Part shown: piece by piece, positions 1 to 9,701 of the stretch | Numbering within the stretch: position 1 is the first letter of the stretch | Layout of the letters: each line of letters begins with the position of its first letter | Assembly: GCA_030650275.1 (NCBI GenBank) | Contig: JAUSEK010000005.1 | Span: 39,307-103,306 of the forward strand | DNA: 64,000 nucleotides | Source: Candidatus Omnitrophota bacterium | GTDB lineage: Bacteria > Omnitrophota > Gorgyraeia > Zapsychrales > Fredricksoniimonadaceae | Direction: 5' to 3' | Notes under the pieces: generated by a model | Told to the model about the DNA's origin: nothing | The model's input: the letters and a program-made list of their open reading frames with translations, nothing else | Databases searched by the model: none | Translations under genes and position numbers: made by a program

Positions 1-1881
1 TGTCCTAGGCCCAAAGACGAAGAGGCATTTGTCAAACAGGTGTGTTGTTCTGATCTTGCCATAGACGAAAAGAAAGGCGAATACATCCACTTTGGTGGTT
101 TTTATCATAAATACATATCCTTGAAAGTCCTGCCCGAGGCGACCTTCCCGGCCATGTTGGCACGGCTCGATCATCTATCATTCCCGGAATTTGACTTAGT
201 GGTCAATTTTGAGGCCCCGGAAAAAGAATGGGGCAGGACAAGAATTGAAAGTATGCGCAAGCGTGAGTACGGCAATATGCAGGGCATGTTCGGTATTATC
301 AATAAGGACGCGCAGACAAAGGTCAGCCAATACGAATACCTTCTTGAGGAAATTCAACAAAGCAATCAAAAGCTGTTTCGTATGCAGTTGACCGTTCATG
401 TCTATGCCGCGGAGTTTGAAGAAGTCAAAAAGAAAACAGCCGAGGTCATCCGGCTGTTTTCATCTTTGAATGGTACGGAAATGCACGATGAACGCTGGGG
501 TGCGGTCAAGCCGGTCTTTGTCAGCATCCTGCCCGGCTGGACCAAGGAGGCCTCCCGTTGGGTTTTGCTAAAGTCAGCGCACCTGGCCGATTTTATGCCG
601 TTTTTTTCCGAGTTTAAAGGAAGCGGCAAAGCCGAGTGCCTGTTTTACAACACGACTCATGGCCTTGCGGCCTATGATCCTTTTTCCGATGACCTGTCCG
701 CGTTTAATACGGTGGTTGTCGGGGCCTCCGGTTCGGGCAAAAGTTTTACGATAAACCAGATCATCAATCAATACAGCAAAAACGACCCCGTTGAGATCTT
801 CATAGACATTGGCGGCTCCTACAAACGTCAGGTCATTCTAAAAGGCGGTGAATACATTGACCTAGGGTTAAAAGAGAAGTTCACCATCAATCTTTTTGAT
901 CTTTCCGCAGGCAAAAAGTTATGTGACTTTAACGAAGAAGAACAAAACGAAATCCTCATCATCAAGACCAAGACCATTGAACAGATGATGGGTGGCGTGG
1001 CCCGCTTTAACGGCTCTGACCAGATCGTTGAAGATTACATTTTCCGTTCGATCCAACGGCTTTACAGAGCCGTTGAATATCCGGTTTTAAGTGATTTGAA
1101 AGGCGCTCTAAAAGCCACCTGCGAAGCTCATAAAACTCTCCAACAGTTTTATGAGCCGGTTGTCGGGCTTTTAGGCAATTGGTTTGCCGGCGGGCAATAT
1201 GGAAATTATACGGACGGTAAATCCACGATCTCTTTGGATAAAAGCGTCATTTGTTTTGACTTAAAAGGTCTTGAGAAATTCGAACGCCTGCAGGCGGTCA
1301 TGTTGACCATTGTTACCAATTTTGTTTGGGGCAAGATCATGAGTGAGCCGGGACGACGCAAATTTGTCATTTTTGATGAGTGCTGGAAACTTCTCTCCAC
1401 ACCGGAATCCGCCAAATTCATAGCGGAATGTTATCGGACATTCCGTAAATACGGGGCCGCGGCCATATCGGTTACACAGTCCTTGAATGATTTTCTATCC
1501 GGAGGCCTGGAGCATGCCATTTTGGGCAATTCCAACACACGCTTTATCTTAAGGCAAAACTCCATGCCTGCCGTTAAAGGCATTGTTGATTATTTTAATT
1601 TTAACGAGCAGGAACAGCGGCTCATTGAAACCTTGCAGATCAAGAAGGGTGAATATTCCGAGGTGTTCTTTTCCCAGTCAAAGCAGCTGCAGCACATAAG
1701 CGCCAAGATGGTCATATGCCCAACGCCTATTGAGTATTGGGTTGCCACAACGGACGCTATGGATCTCAATTATTACGAGAAGATCAAAATCAAGGGTCCG
1801 GCCTTGAATATGTATGAGGTATTACAGCAATGCGCCAAGGATTTCCCGCGCGGGGTGGGGTATGAGAAGACAAACTATTAA
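1..1881 (+). CDS. virB4: Type IV secretion/conjugation ATPase, VirB4/TraC family (5'-partial, open to window edge)
   Basis: Walker A VVGASGSGKSF and Walker B VIFDECWKLL present. No in-frame stop between nt 1 and the GTG at 40. 613+ aa is the C-terminal part of a ~800-aa VirB4. Confidence 0.75.
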   Translation, partial: CPRPKDEEAFVKQVCCSDLAIDEKKGEYIHFGGFYHKYISLKVLPEATFPAMLARLDHLSFPEFDLVVNFEAPEKEWGRTRIESMRKREYGNMQGMFGIINKDAQTKVSQYEYLLEEIQQSNQKLFRMQLTVHVYAAEFEEVKKKTAEVIRLFSSLNGTEMHDERWGAVKPVFVSILPGWTKEASRWVLLKSAHLADFMPFFSEFKGSGKAECLFYNTTHGLAAYDPFSDDLSAFNTVVVGASGSGKSFTINQIINQYSKNDPVEIFIDIGGSYKRQVILKGGEYIDLGLKEKFTINLFDLSAGKKLCDFNEEEQNEILIIKTKTIEQMMGGVARFNGSDQIVEDYIFRSIQRLYRAVEYPVLSDLKGALKATCEAHKTLQQFYEPVVGLLGNWFAGGQYGNYTDGKSTISLDKSVICFDLKGLEKFERLQAVMLTIVTNFVWGKIMSEPGRRKFVIFDECWKLLSTPESAKFIAECYRTFRKYGAAAISVTQSLNDFLSGGLEHAILGNSNTRFILRQNSMPAVKGIVDYFNFNEQEQRLIETLQIKKGEYSEVFFSQSKQLQHISAKMVICPTPIEYWVATTDAMDLNYYEKIKIKGPALNMYEVLQQCAKDFPRGVGYEKTNY

Positions 1882-1896
1882 CGAAAGGACGTTTTT

Positions 1897-2307
1897 ATGA
1901 TAGACAAATACCTTTATGCGGTTGGGTTAATCTGTTTATTAACCGCCGGTTGTACCATGCGCCAGGCAGGTTATACGGCCCTGGGCGCGGCCGCAGGTGG
2001 TGGTATCGGCTACTCCTTGCATCGTGACGGCAAAGAAGCGGCCATAGGGGGCCTGGCCGGGGCCTTGACCGGCAATCTGGCGGGTCAGTGGCAGGATAAA
2101 GCAGAGAAAACCAAGCATGACAAGGTTTATCAGGAAGGTTACAAGCAGGCCAGGGTGGATGTGGCCGTCAATGATTGGGAAACCAATACAGGAAAGGATT
2201 TATCCAAACGGGAGCCCAAGCGGCTGGTTAGCGTCATGGTCCCCAAGCGGGAGGAAAATAATGTCATTTACGACGCCCAGGAAGTCAAGGTAGAGGATTA
2301 CAGATGA
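1897..2307 (+). CDS. Small lipoprotein with glycine-zipper (possibly a VirB7-like T4SS lipoprotein)
   Basis: Lipobox LLTAGC, Gly-zipper GAAAGGGIGYSL...GGLAGALTGNLAG. Sits 16 nt after virB4, inside the T4SS operon. Confidence 0.45.
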   Translation: MIDKYLYAVGLICLLTAGCTMRQAGYTALGAAAGGGIGYSLHRDGKEAAIGGLAGALTGNLAGQWQDKAEKTKHDKVYQEGYKQARVDVAVNDWETNTGKDLSKREPKRLVSVMVPKREENNVIYDAQEVKVEDYR

Positions 2308-3041
2308 AAAGATTTTTGTCTTTGGCTGTCTTTGTGTTTTTGGTTTATCCCCCGTCATATGCTGTGGCGACCCCTGATTCTACTGCGGCTATTCTGCACC
2401 AGACAGCCGTGCAAACAGCAGAACACCTGCAACGGTTAGCCGAGATAGTAAGAACCATTAAAACATTACAGGAACAAGTAACAAGTACGAGAGGATTACT
2501 GGAATTAGCCAAGCAATCAGCCCGGGGGGTGGATGGCATTGAATTGATCGGGGATTTTCATGATATCACTTTGGGAACGAATAGTGTTATCCGTAATGTT
2601 CAATCATATATGGGTTCGACAGAAAATCTGCCGGATCGTTGGAACAGACTTTTTGGTTCGTTGGATCTATGGGTTCGGGATGCTAATGACGTTTTTAGCA
2701 ATATTGACGTATCCGATAAAACAAATACAGCCGGGTATTTAATTGGGGATAGTTTTCAAGGCCTGTATGAGAAGAATTCCAATATGGTGTCTCAATTTGT
2801 TGAAAATTCCAAACAGGTCAGCGAGAAGGGGGCCTTAAAGCAAATTGCTCAGCAAATGGCCCAATTGATACAGATGGAGAACAATAACATGTACCTTTTA
2901 GCTCAAATACTTAAAAGTCAGAGCATCGAATCCTCTAATGACAATTTGAAACGTAAAGAAGAAGCCATAAAATTTGAGCAGGAGAATCAGGGTATTAAGG
3001 CCTTTAGGGGACTTGTGGACGATAAAACTTTTGGGATTTAA
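2304..3041 (+). CDS. Secreted coiled-coil protein, VirB5/TrbJ-like position in the T4SS operon
   Basis: N-terminal signal peptide and Q/E-rich helical sequence. Overlaps the previous stop by 4 nt. The assignment rests on position only. Confidence 0.35.
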   Translation: MKRFLSLAVFVFLVYPPSYAVATPDSTAAILHQTAVQTAEHLQRLAEIVRTIKTLQEQVTSTRGLLELAKQSARGVDGIELIGDFHDITLGTNSVIRNVQSYMGSTENLPDRWNRLFGSLDLWVRDANDVFSNIDVSDKTNTAGYLIGDSFQGLYEKNSNMVSQFVENSKQVSEKGALKQIAQQMAQLIQMENNNMYLLAQILKSQSIESSNDNLKRKEEAIKFEQENQGIKAFRGLVDDKTFGI

Positions 3042-3045
3042 AGAT

Positions 3046-3957
3046 ATGGACGTAGTGCTTTCAGCGGTCAAGACAGATTTAAACAGAGTTCTCGATGCCG
3101 GGCAGTATATGCTGGTTTCATTTTTCTTGTTGGCGGTATTTGTCAATTACGTTGGGATTTTATCCCGCAGCATTAATTGGGCGGATGTGGTTCTTCGGTT
3201 GGCAATCGGCTTTGTTCTTTTACAGAACTATGTTTGGATCATGGACACCACACGCAATATCGTGGCAAGTGTCGATGAAATGCTTAACCCGAACCAGGAT
3301 TTTATCAGCCAATATGCCGCCATGAGTGACAATATCTGGAAACTTCACGAGGCATCTACTCGGCCGAGCATTGTTTCACAAATCAAATTTATATTTAGCT
3401 CGGCAATTTTTCATAATCTGATCATTAACTTTTCCTTCCTTTTTTATGCGCTCATTGCCAAAGTCATGGAAGCGGTGCGGTATTCCTTGATCGCGATCTT
3501 GTATAAATTGGGGCCGGCGCTTATACCTTTTGTTTTGTTTCGACCAATGACCAATGTGGTCAAGGGTTGGTTTACCAGTTATGTTTCAATTCTTTGTTGG
3601 CCGATCCTTTGGCATATTGCTTTAGGTATAGCCGTTGGTGTAAGCGGCAATACTCATAGCGTAGAGCAATTTGCTTGTACCAATTTTGCCGTGTGTTTTG
3701 TGCTGGTTTTCTCGCCATTGATCATCAATGGTCTTATTGCCGGCATAGGAGCAAGCTCCACATCGGTCTTGGCGGGCTTTATGTCCTCCAAGTCGGCCGC
3801 CAGTTTTATGACCGCGGCTGGGCAAGTTGGAGTTGCAGTTGTGGCATCCAGGGTTGTCGGGCCGCTTATCCAGAAATTGCCCGGTTCCCCTACAACCGCG
3901 ACAGGCAAATTTAAGGATTTGATGCTGGGGCAAAAAGGCAAAGGAGTAAAGCCATGA
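3046..3957 (+). CDS. Polytopic membrane protein, VirB6/TrbL-like
   Basis: Multiple hydrophobic helices, Ser/Ala-rich C-terminal tail. Start chosen at the internal Met (MDVVLSAV) to avoid a 68-nt overlap. Its position follows the VirB5-like gene. Confidence 0.45.
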   Translation: MDVVLSAVKTDLNRVLDAGQYMLVSFFLLAVFVNYVGILSRSINWADVVLRLAIGFVLLQNYVWIMDTTRNIVASVDEMLNPNQDFISQYAAMSDNIWKLHEASTRPSIVSQIKFIFSSAIFHNLIINFSFLFYALIAKVMEAVRYSLIAILYKLGPALIPFVLFRPMTNVVKGWFTSYVSILCWPILWHIALGIAVGVSGNTHSVEQFACTNFAVCFVLVFSPLIINGLIAGIGASSTSVLAGFMSSKSAASFMTAAGQVGVAVVASRVVGPLIQKLPGSPTTATGKFKDLMLGQKGKGVKP

Positions 3958-4535
3958 GTGAACTTGTTTTTAACCGCGTCATCTTGGAAAAACATAACCG
4001 TGTTTTGACTTGGGGCTTGATGATCTTGCTGGGGCTTAATTTGATCTTCGTTTTTTGGTTTATGCGGGCTTCGGGTCAGCCGCCGCTGATTGTTTTTGCG
4101 AAAGACGGCCAGCTGGAAGTCCTCAAATCCAGAGACCTTAAGATGGACGAGGCGTTCTTGAAGGATTTTGTAAAAATGGTCACTGGACAATACTTGTCCT
4201 TTAGCGTTTCGTCCTTGCCTAAACAGATCGAAGGTATCAAGCCATACCTGGCCCCTAAGTCAGCTGAAACCATCCTTGCTTCTTTCAAAAATAATCAGAC
4301 AGTCATCGAAAAAGAAAGCATTTCTCAGCAATTTGTGATCAATGCCATTGCCATCACCAAGAAAACGGATCCTTTCTGGGTAGAGGTCGAGGGTACAAGA
4401 AACATCCGTGCTTCCGGCAATGACAAAAGTGCCGCTGTTACATATATCCTTGAGATCAAGAAAATAAAACCCAGCGAAGAAAACCCTTACGGTTTATTGA
4501 TGACCGATATTATTGAGAAAGGACAAACAAAATGA
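3954..4535 (+). CDS. Bitopic membrane protein, VirB8-like
   Basis: Single N-terminal TM (LMILLGLNLIFVFWFM) then a ~150-aa soluble domain. Gene order is B6-B8-B9-B10. Confidence 0.4.
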   Translation: MSELVFNRVILEKHNRVLTWGLMILLGLNLIFVFWFMRASGQPPLIVFAKDGQLEVLKSRDLKMDEAFLKDFVKMVTGQYLSFSVSSLPKQIEGIKPYLAPKSAETILASFKNNQTVIEKESISQQFVINAIAITKKTDPFWVEVEGTRNIRASGNDKSAAVTYILEIKKIKPSEENPYGLLMTDIIEKGQTK

Positions 4536-5356
4536 AAACCTTAATGCTCATCACGTTCATGCTTTTATCCGGATCGCTTTGGGCCAATCAGGATAACCGT
4601 TACTTGCAGACAGGCAAGGTGCAATACGAGACCCCGCTGGAAGAAGACGTGCTCAAGGTCAACACGGCTTTAGGATATTGCACGGTCTTGGAGTTTGCAG
4701 AAAAGCCCATGCTGGTAACGGTGGGGGACAATTCACTGATCCAGGTGGAAATTCCCCAGAACTCCAAAAGCGTTGTCATTAAACCCATGCAAGAGGCCGG
4801 GGAGACAAACCTGTTCGTTTTTACCCCAAGCCAGCGGTTTAATTATAACGTGGTCATAGGTAGTCCGGCCCAGGTGGACTATGTTCTGGATTCCAGGCAA
4901 GCCCTCAAGGACAAGGGCAAAAGCCATAGCCGATTATCGCTGGGAACTGTTTTGAAGATGGCAAGGTCCTATGCGGGCTTAAAGTCATTGGGCGTTATCA
5001 ATCAGCGTGAATTTATCCAGAAAGACATTTTTAATCAATGCTCCTATCCGTGGGTGAGTATTGATTTTCTTGAGGTCTTTGCCAACAAAGACCCGCATTA
5101 TCTGGTGTTTCATATCGTCGTCCATAACCTGGCAGATGAAACCCTCAATTTGAAGGAAGAAAATGCCAGTATCCTTGTCAATGACCAGAAGTTTATTCCT
5201 CAATATGTCCTGTTTGATAACGATCGGTTAGCTCCATCGAGTAAAACCGACGGCTGGCTGGTTTTGGAGAACAGTTTTGTGTCCATAGACAATAAGTTTT
5301 CTTTAAGCGTTGGGGTGGGGGACGAAGAATATGTCTGCAAACAATCCGTTTCTTAA
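4532..5356 (+). CDS. Secreted beta-rich protein, VirB9/TrbG-like
   Basis: Signal peptide MKTLMLITFMLLSGSLWA. Position is immediately upstream of the VirB10-like gene, with translationally coupled overlaps. Confidence 0.4.
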   Translation: MKTLMLITFMLLSGSLWANQDNRYLQTGKVQYETPLEEDVLKVNTALGYCTVLEFAEKPMLVTVGDNSLIQVEIPQNSKSVVIKPMQEAGETNLFVFTPSQRFNYNVVIGSPAQVDYVLDSRQALKDKGKSHSRLSLGTVLKMARSYAGLKSLGVINQREFIQKDIFNQCSYPWVSIDFLEVFANKDPHYLVFHIVVHNLADETLNLKEENASILVNDQKFIPQYVLFDNDRLAPSSKTDGWLVLENSFVSIDNKFSLSVGVGDEEYVCKQSVS

Positions 5357-6266
5357 AACAGATAACACAGGCAAACGTCAGCCAACGTTTTTTACTTGCG
5401 CTTTGATCGGTCTATTTATTTTTGGTTCCTATTTTATTTCAACAGGCAAAAAGCCCATCAAACATGAAGCCAAACAGACGATCATCAAAGAAAAAGACAT
5501 CATTGAAGCCGCCAACAACACCAAACCCCTTACGGATGAAGGAAAAGCGTTCAAATTCGACTACAGCCAGCTTTTAAAACCACCCGAAGTCAAGCAAACC
5601 GTCCTGGTCCCGATAACCCCGCCGCCGGTGAGCAAACGCATTTCCCCCATAAACACAAAAATCATTGTTTTTGACAATACCAAAGATTATCAGACCAATT
5701 GGGTGGTGCCATTAGGAAGTATGATCAAGTGCCTGTTAATCCACAATATCGTCACCAATAACTTTGAAGCTCCGGTGATCGCCCAGGTATGGGAGGACTT
5801 TTACTTTGATGGCAAATTGCTTTTACCCTTTGGGACACGGATCTACGGGACCGCTTCTGTCGGAAAACAAAGGGACAGGGTGACGGTACGTTTTGACAAT
5901 ATTGTTTTTCAGGATGGCAAGACAGTCAAGATCAATGCCATTGGTTTAAGCAAGGATGGCTCCGGTGGTTTGACCGGTACGGTCATTGATGAGCACAACA
6001 AGCAGACTTTTATTCAAATGGCGCTTAATTTTTTAAGTGGTATGGCATTGGGGTTACAGCAGACGGCCACCAATCAGGTCACAGGCATTAGTGAGATTGA
6101 AGCCAGTTCCCGCAATGCCATACTAAACGGCGCGGCTAATACTTTTCAAAGTGAAGCGGGACGCATTAAAGCCGACGCAGAAAACGCCAAAGGATATGCC
6201 ATTGTCCTGGCCGGCAGTGATCTGATTGTTTATTTCACGAAAGAAGCTGACGTTCAAGGGGGATAG
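5331..6266 (+). CDS. virB10: VirB10/TrbI-like T4SS protein
   Basis: N-terminal TM, a Pro-rich linker (LVPITPPPVSKRISP) and a C-terminal beta-barrel carrying the TrbI-type signature DGSGGLTGTVIDEH. Confidence 0.6.
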   Translation: MSANNPFLKTDNTGKRQPTFFTCALIGLFIFGSYFISTGKKPIKHEAKQTIIKEKDIIEAANNTKPLTDEGKAFKFDYSQLLKPPEVKQTVLVPITPPPVSKRISPINTKIIVFDNTKDYQTNWVVPLGSMIKCLLIHNIVTNNFEAPVIAQVWEDFYFDGKLLLPFGTRIYGTASVGKQRDRVTVRFDNIVFQDGKTVKINAIGLSKDGSGGLTGTVIDEHNKQTFIQMALNFLSGMALGLQQTATNQVTGISEIEASSRNAILNGAANTFQSEAGRIKADAENAKGYAIVLAGSDLIVYFTKEADVQGG

Positions 6267-6268
6267 AC

Positions 6269-6535
6269 ATGTCTTTGAAATTCGTGTCCTTATTATTTGT
6301 GATTGTCTTAAGCGGATGCGCTACCTGGGATGATCCTGACTTTAGTAAAACTTTGATTCCGTTCCCCGAACGACAGGCAGAAAAACACAAAGAGGAAAAG
6401 GCCTGGGTTGAGGCCAAGACCAGCCGGGCGTGGGTCAATGCTCATGTGGATGAGAACAGTGATCTTGTGGAAGGTCATTATAAACACATTGTGATAGAGG
6501 CCGGACATTGGGCGGTTAAGCCAGATGGAAAATAA
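6269..6535 (+). CDS. Small lipoprotein (T4SS-associated)
   Basis: Lipobox VLSGCATW, 88 aa, lies between the VirB10-like and VirD4 genes. Confidence 0.4.
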   Translation: MSLKFVSLLFVIVLSGCATWDDPDFSKTLIPFPERQAEKHKEEKAWVEAKTSRAWVNAHVDENSDLVEGHYKHIVIEAGHWAVKPDGK

Positions 6536-8279
6536 TAAAGAAAATAACACAGAGAATACCCGTGACTTTGGCCTTCTTGCCCTGATTTTCTTAGTAATTC
6601 TCTACCGTAAATACGGTGAGTGGGTCCAGGCAAAACTACAAGAGCCGTATTCTTTAGTATTGCTTGGATTGGCGGTGGCCTTGGCATTAGGACTGCTTTG
6701 GTGTACAGGGCACTACATCGAGAAATTAAGGAATCGTTTCAATATGTGGCGACTGGGCATTAAGCCCGCAAAAGATATAGCGTTTCCTTTTTATATTTTT
6801 GATCTACCAAAGCAATTGAAAGCCCTTTACCAGAAGGGGAATAATCTCGACATGACTCTTTTAGGAATGAATGCCGAAAAACGGAATAAAGAAATGGTCA
6901 CCGTTTCCGATATTCAGCGAAGCCAGCATTTACAAATTCTAGGAATGACCGGCACAGGCAAGACCTCAGGGGTTTTCTTGCCTTTGATCTATCAGGACGC
7001 CTTGAAAAATCGTCCTGTTATCATCCTTGATGCCAAAGGAGAGTTATCATCCATTTACCAGCTTCATGCCATGCTGGCTTCTATTGGCAGGGCTGATGAT
7101 TTTTTGCTGTTCTCGTTGGCGTACAAAGATATTTCCTGTACGTATAATCCGCTATTCGTGGGGGAGTGTGATCCCCAGATCGTCATAGATGCTTTTTTAA
7201 GTAATTTTCAAGATGACAATTCGTTTTATAGGGAAATGTCTAAAACGATATTCACAAATGCTTTTTACATTTTGCATTCGCTGGGCAAGCCTTTTACGGT
7301 CTTAGATATTTATGCTTATTTGACCAAACCATCCTGCTATAGCTTTATTAATAAACAGATCACAGACAAACACGGAAAAGGGATGACGCATTTAAAGTTA
7401 CTGGAAGGATTGATCGAGCGTTTGAAGAACCAGCAAAATGGATTGGAAAATGTGATCGCGGGTTTTACCAACTATCTTTTTGCCCACCAGGACAGCACCC
7501 TCAATGACCCTGACAGCGATATTGTTTTAACTGATGCGATAAGACAACGGAAAATTGTGTATTTTCAGCTTCCGACGAATTCTTATCCCATCCAGGCTAT
7601 AAGTATCGCCCGCATGGTACAGGCGAATTTGCGCTATATTTCTTCACTTATTCAAACAGGACAAATACCAAAAAATACATTGGTTAGTATTGTCATTGAT
7701 GAATACGCTTCATTCGCCGAAGAGTCTTTTGTTGAGGTATTAAACAAGGCCCGCAGCAGCGGGATGATGGTGACCATAGCGCATCAAAGTTTAAGCGATT
7801 TAAAAGCCATATCCGTAACGTTCATGAAACGTATTGACGAAAATACTCTCAATAAAATTTATCTTAGGCAAACCGACCCGGAACTTTGCGAATTGATAGC
7901 CAAAAGCATGGGTACATACCTTAAAGAAGAAAAAACATACCGGATGACTGCGGGTAAGTTTGGTAATCAAATTTACAGCGGAGAATCGTCCAACCGTGTG
8001 GTCAATGAGTTTCACTTTCCGCCGGATAAAATCAAGAATTTGCATAAATTTGGCCAAGGATATTTTATTTATAGGGGAGACAACAGCCAGAAGTGCGTTA
8101 ACTTGGGACATTTTGTTGATATGCCGGAATTGCAGTATAAGAGAAAAGAAAAAAAGAATAAAAGAGGTGGATTGCGGTTATTTGAGAAATACTATCTTAA
8201 TTCGGCAAAGCCAAAATTGGAAAAACCTGAGAAAGATAATAAAGAAGATGGCGGAGCAAGGCCGCACATCGGAGATTGA
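6525..8279 (+). CDS. virD4: Type IV coupling protein, VirD4/TraG/TraD family
   Basis: N-terminal TM helices, Walker A LQILGMTGTGKTSG, Walker B VSIVIDEYASF, and a Lys-rich C-terminal tail. Confidence 0.75.
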   Translation: MENNKENNTENTRDFGLLALIFLVILYRKYGEWVQAKLQEPYSLVLLGLAVALALGLLWCTGHYIEKLRNRFNMWRLGIKPAKDIAFPFYIFDLPKQLKALYQKGNNLDMTLLGMNAEKRNKEMVTVSDIQRSQHLQILGMTGTGKTSGVFLPLIYQDALKNRPVIILDAKGELSSIYQLHAMLASIGRADDFLLFSLAYKDISCTYNPLFVGECDPQIVIDAFLSNFQDDNSFYREMSKTIFTNAFYILHSLGKPFTVLDIYAYLTKPSCYSFINKQITDKHGKGMTHLKLLEGLIERLKNQQNGLENVIAGFTNYLFAHQDSTLNDPDSDIVLTDAIRQRKIVYFQLPTNSYPIQAISIARMVQANLRYISSLIQTGQIPKNTLVSIVIDEYASFAEESFVEVLNKARSSGMMVTIAHQSLSDLKAISVTFMKRIDENTLNKIYLRQTDPELCELIAKSMGTYLKEEKTYRMTAGKFGNQIYSGESSNRVVNEFHFPPDKIKNLHKFGQGYFIYRGDNSQKCVNLGHFVDMPELQYKRKEKKNKRGGLRLFEKYYLNSAKPKLEKPEKDNKEDGGARPHIGD

Positions 8280-8300
8280 TTTCTACAAAGGACTGGTCAT

Positions 8301-8498
8301 ATGGGTTTTGCAATACTTGAAAAGCGTTATTTAGGAATGGTAGAATGTTCTGAATATATAGGTATTAGCAAGGGGACCCTTTATGTATGGGTGTGTCATA
8401 AAAGAATTCCTTACATAAAAGTTGGAAGACTGGTAAAATTTGATCTGAAAGTTATAGAAGCATGGCTCAAAGAAAATTCTGTAGCAAAATTGAATTGA
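8301..8498 (+). CDS. xis: AlpA/Xis-type excisionase (MerR-like HTH)
   Basis: 65 aa with HTH ISKGTLYVWVCHKRIPYIKVGRLVKFDLKVIEAWL. The likely start is the internal Met at 8337. It lies just upstream of the integrase module. Confidence 0.6.
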   Translation: MGFAILEKRYLGMVECSEYIGISKGTLYVWVCHKRIPYIKVGRLVKFDLKVIEAWLKENSVAKLN

Positions 8499-8538
8499 TT
8501 TTACCACTTACTGACTTCCTCTTTAGCATAGAAGCCGA

Positions 8539-8567
8539 TTGACAAGTTTATTTTTGTCAGATATACT
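8539..8567 (+). promoter_or_regulatory. Consensus sigma70 promoter (TTGACA-17-TATACT) overlapping the inverted repeat TGACAA-n8-TTGTCA
   Basis: -35 TTGACA at 8539-8544, a 17-nt spacer, and -10 TATACT at 8562-8567. It lies 45 nt upstream of the MNT gene, and further palindromes (tccag...ctgga) follow it. Confidence 0.6.
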
Positions 8568-8611
8568 ATGTCCAGATATATGGACGTATATCCATTTAAC
8601 TGGACAACAAA

Positions 8612-9232
8612 ATGAGATTTAATAAGCCCCTCAACCATATTTTAGACAGCCAGACAAAAACTATTTGTTTGCGACTGCTTTGTAACCATCCTACTGAAAT
8701 AAACGGCAGGCAATTATCAAAGATTGTTAAGCTGTCGCCCACAACTGTTCATAAGGCCATGAAGGAATTAGCTAATGAACAGATCATTATTCTAAAGAAT
8801 TATGGAAATTCTCATGTATATGAGTTAAATAAAGACAATAGGATTGTAGCGGAGATATTAAAACCCATGTTTAATAAAGAAAAAATACTGTTAGACAGCT
8901 TTATAAAAAACATTGTTCGGGGTATTAAAAGATCTGGATTTATAAATTCAATCTTTTCAATAGTGCTTTTTGGCAGCGTACAAAAAGGGACCGAAAAGCC
9001 CGGCAGCGATATAGATTTATGTGTTGTGGTCAAAGAACAAAAGGATAAAAAAAGGGTAGAAAATCTAATATTTAATATGAATTCCGGTTTAATGATCCCC
9101 CTAGGCATGGGTATTGAGCCTTACGTTAAGACTATCAGTGAATTTAAAAAAGATAAGGGATTGGGCGTTATTAAATCAATATTAAAATCTCATCGAATTG
9201 TGTGGGGTGAACGATTGGAGGGGGTAGTATGA
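8612..9232 (+). CDS. wHTH-fused minimal nucleotidyltransferase (MNT), antitoxin-like partner of HEPN
   Basis: N-terminal winged-helix and the MNT motif LFGSVQKGTEKPGSDIDLCVV (GS-x9-DxD). There is a 4-nt overlap with the downstream HEPN gene. Confidence 0.7.
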   Translation: MRFNKPLNHILDSQTKTICLRLLCNHPTEINGRQLSKIVKLSPTTVHKAMKELANEQIIILKNYGNSHVYELNKDNRIVAEILKPMFNKEKILLDSFIKNIVRGIKRSGFINSIFSIVLFGSVQKGTEKPGSDIDLCVVVKEQKDKKRVENLIFNMNSGLMIPLGMGIEPYVKTISEFKKDKGLGVIKSILKSHRIVWGERLEGVV

Positions 9233-9636
9233 GCGCGAAATCTTTAAAAAGTATCTATGTTTCTCAAAATGGGTATAAAGGTTTCCAAAATAAAGCCAAT
9301 GATTTCTATCAAGTAATGCGATTATCGCTAGACGCTGGATTATGGAACGGAGTAGGTTTAAATGCGGCGCATTGTGTTATCTCCTTAAATGATGCTTTAA
9401 CAGTCTACTTTTTGAGGAAAAGATTTAGTGGAGATGATCATCGGCATGCATCCCAGTTGCTCTCGCAAATACCCATTGATGGAGTTAAGCAATACGTTAA
9501 TGCGTATGATAAAATAATTTCTAAGAAACATATGGTTGCTTATGAAGAACGTGAATTCAGACAATCCGAAGCATTGGAGATTGTTAAACAAACAGAAAGA
9601 TTTTATCAGTGGGGCGTAGGTCAATTGCCACATTGA
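9229..9636 (+). CDS. HEPN-domain protein (toxin component of a HEPN/MNT pair)
   Basis: R-x5-H motif RFSGDDH(RH). 135 aa, translationally coupled to the MNT gene. Confidence 0.6.
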   Translation: MSAKSLKSIYVSQNGYKGFQNKANDFYQVMRLSLDAGLWNGVGLNAAHCVISLNDALTVYFLRKRFSGDDHRHASQLLSQIPIDGVKQYVNAYDKIISKKHMVAYEEREFRQSEALEIVKQTERFYQWGVGQLPH

Positions 9637-9701
9637 GAGATGTTGTATGCAAAACGATGTCCATAGCTTCAATAGTATATGCAAAATGAAGTTATAAAAG
9701 G

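Noticed and set aside
8499-8611. Repeat-rich spacer examined as a possible CRISPR/array remnant
   Set aside because: It has only short palindromes and a single promoter, with no regularly spaced direct repeats.
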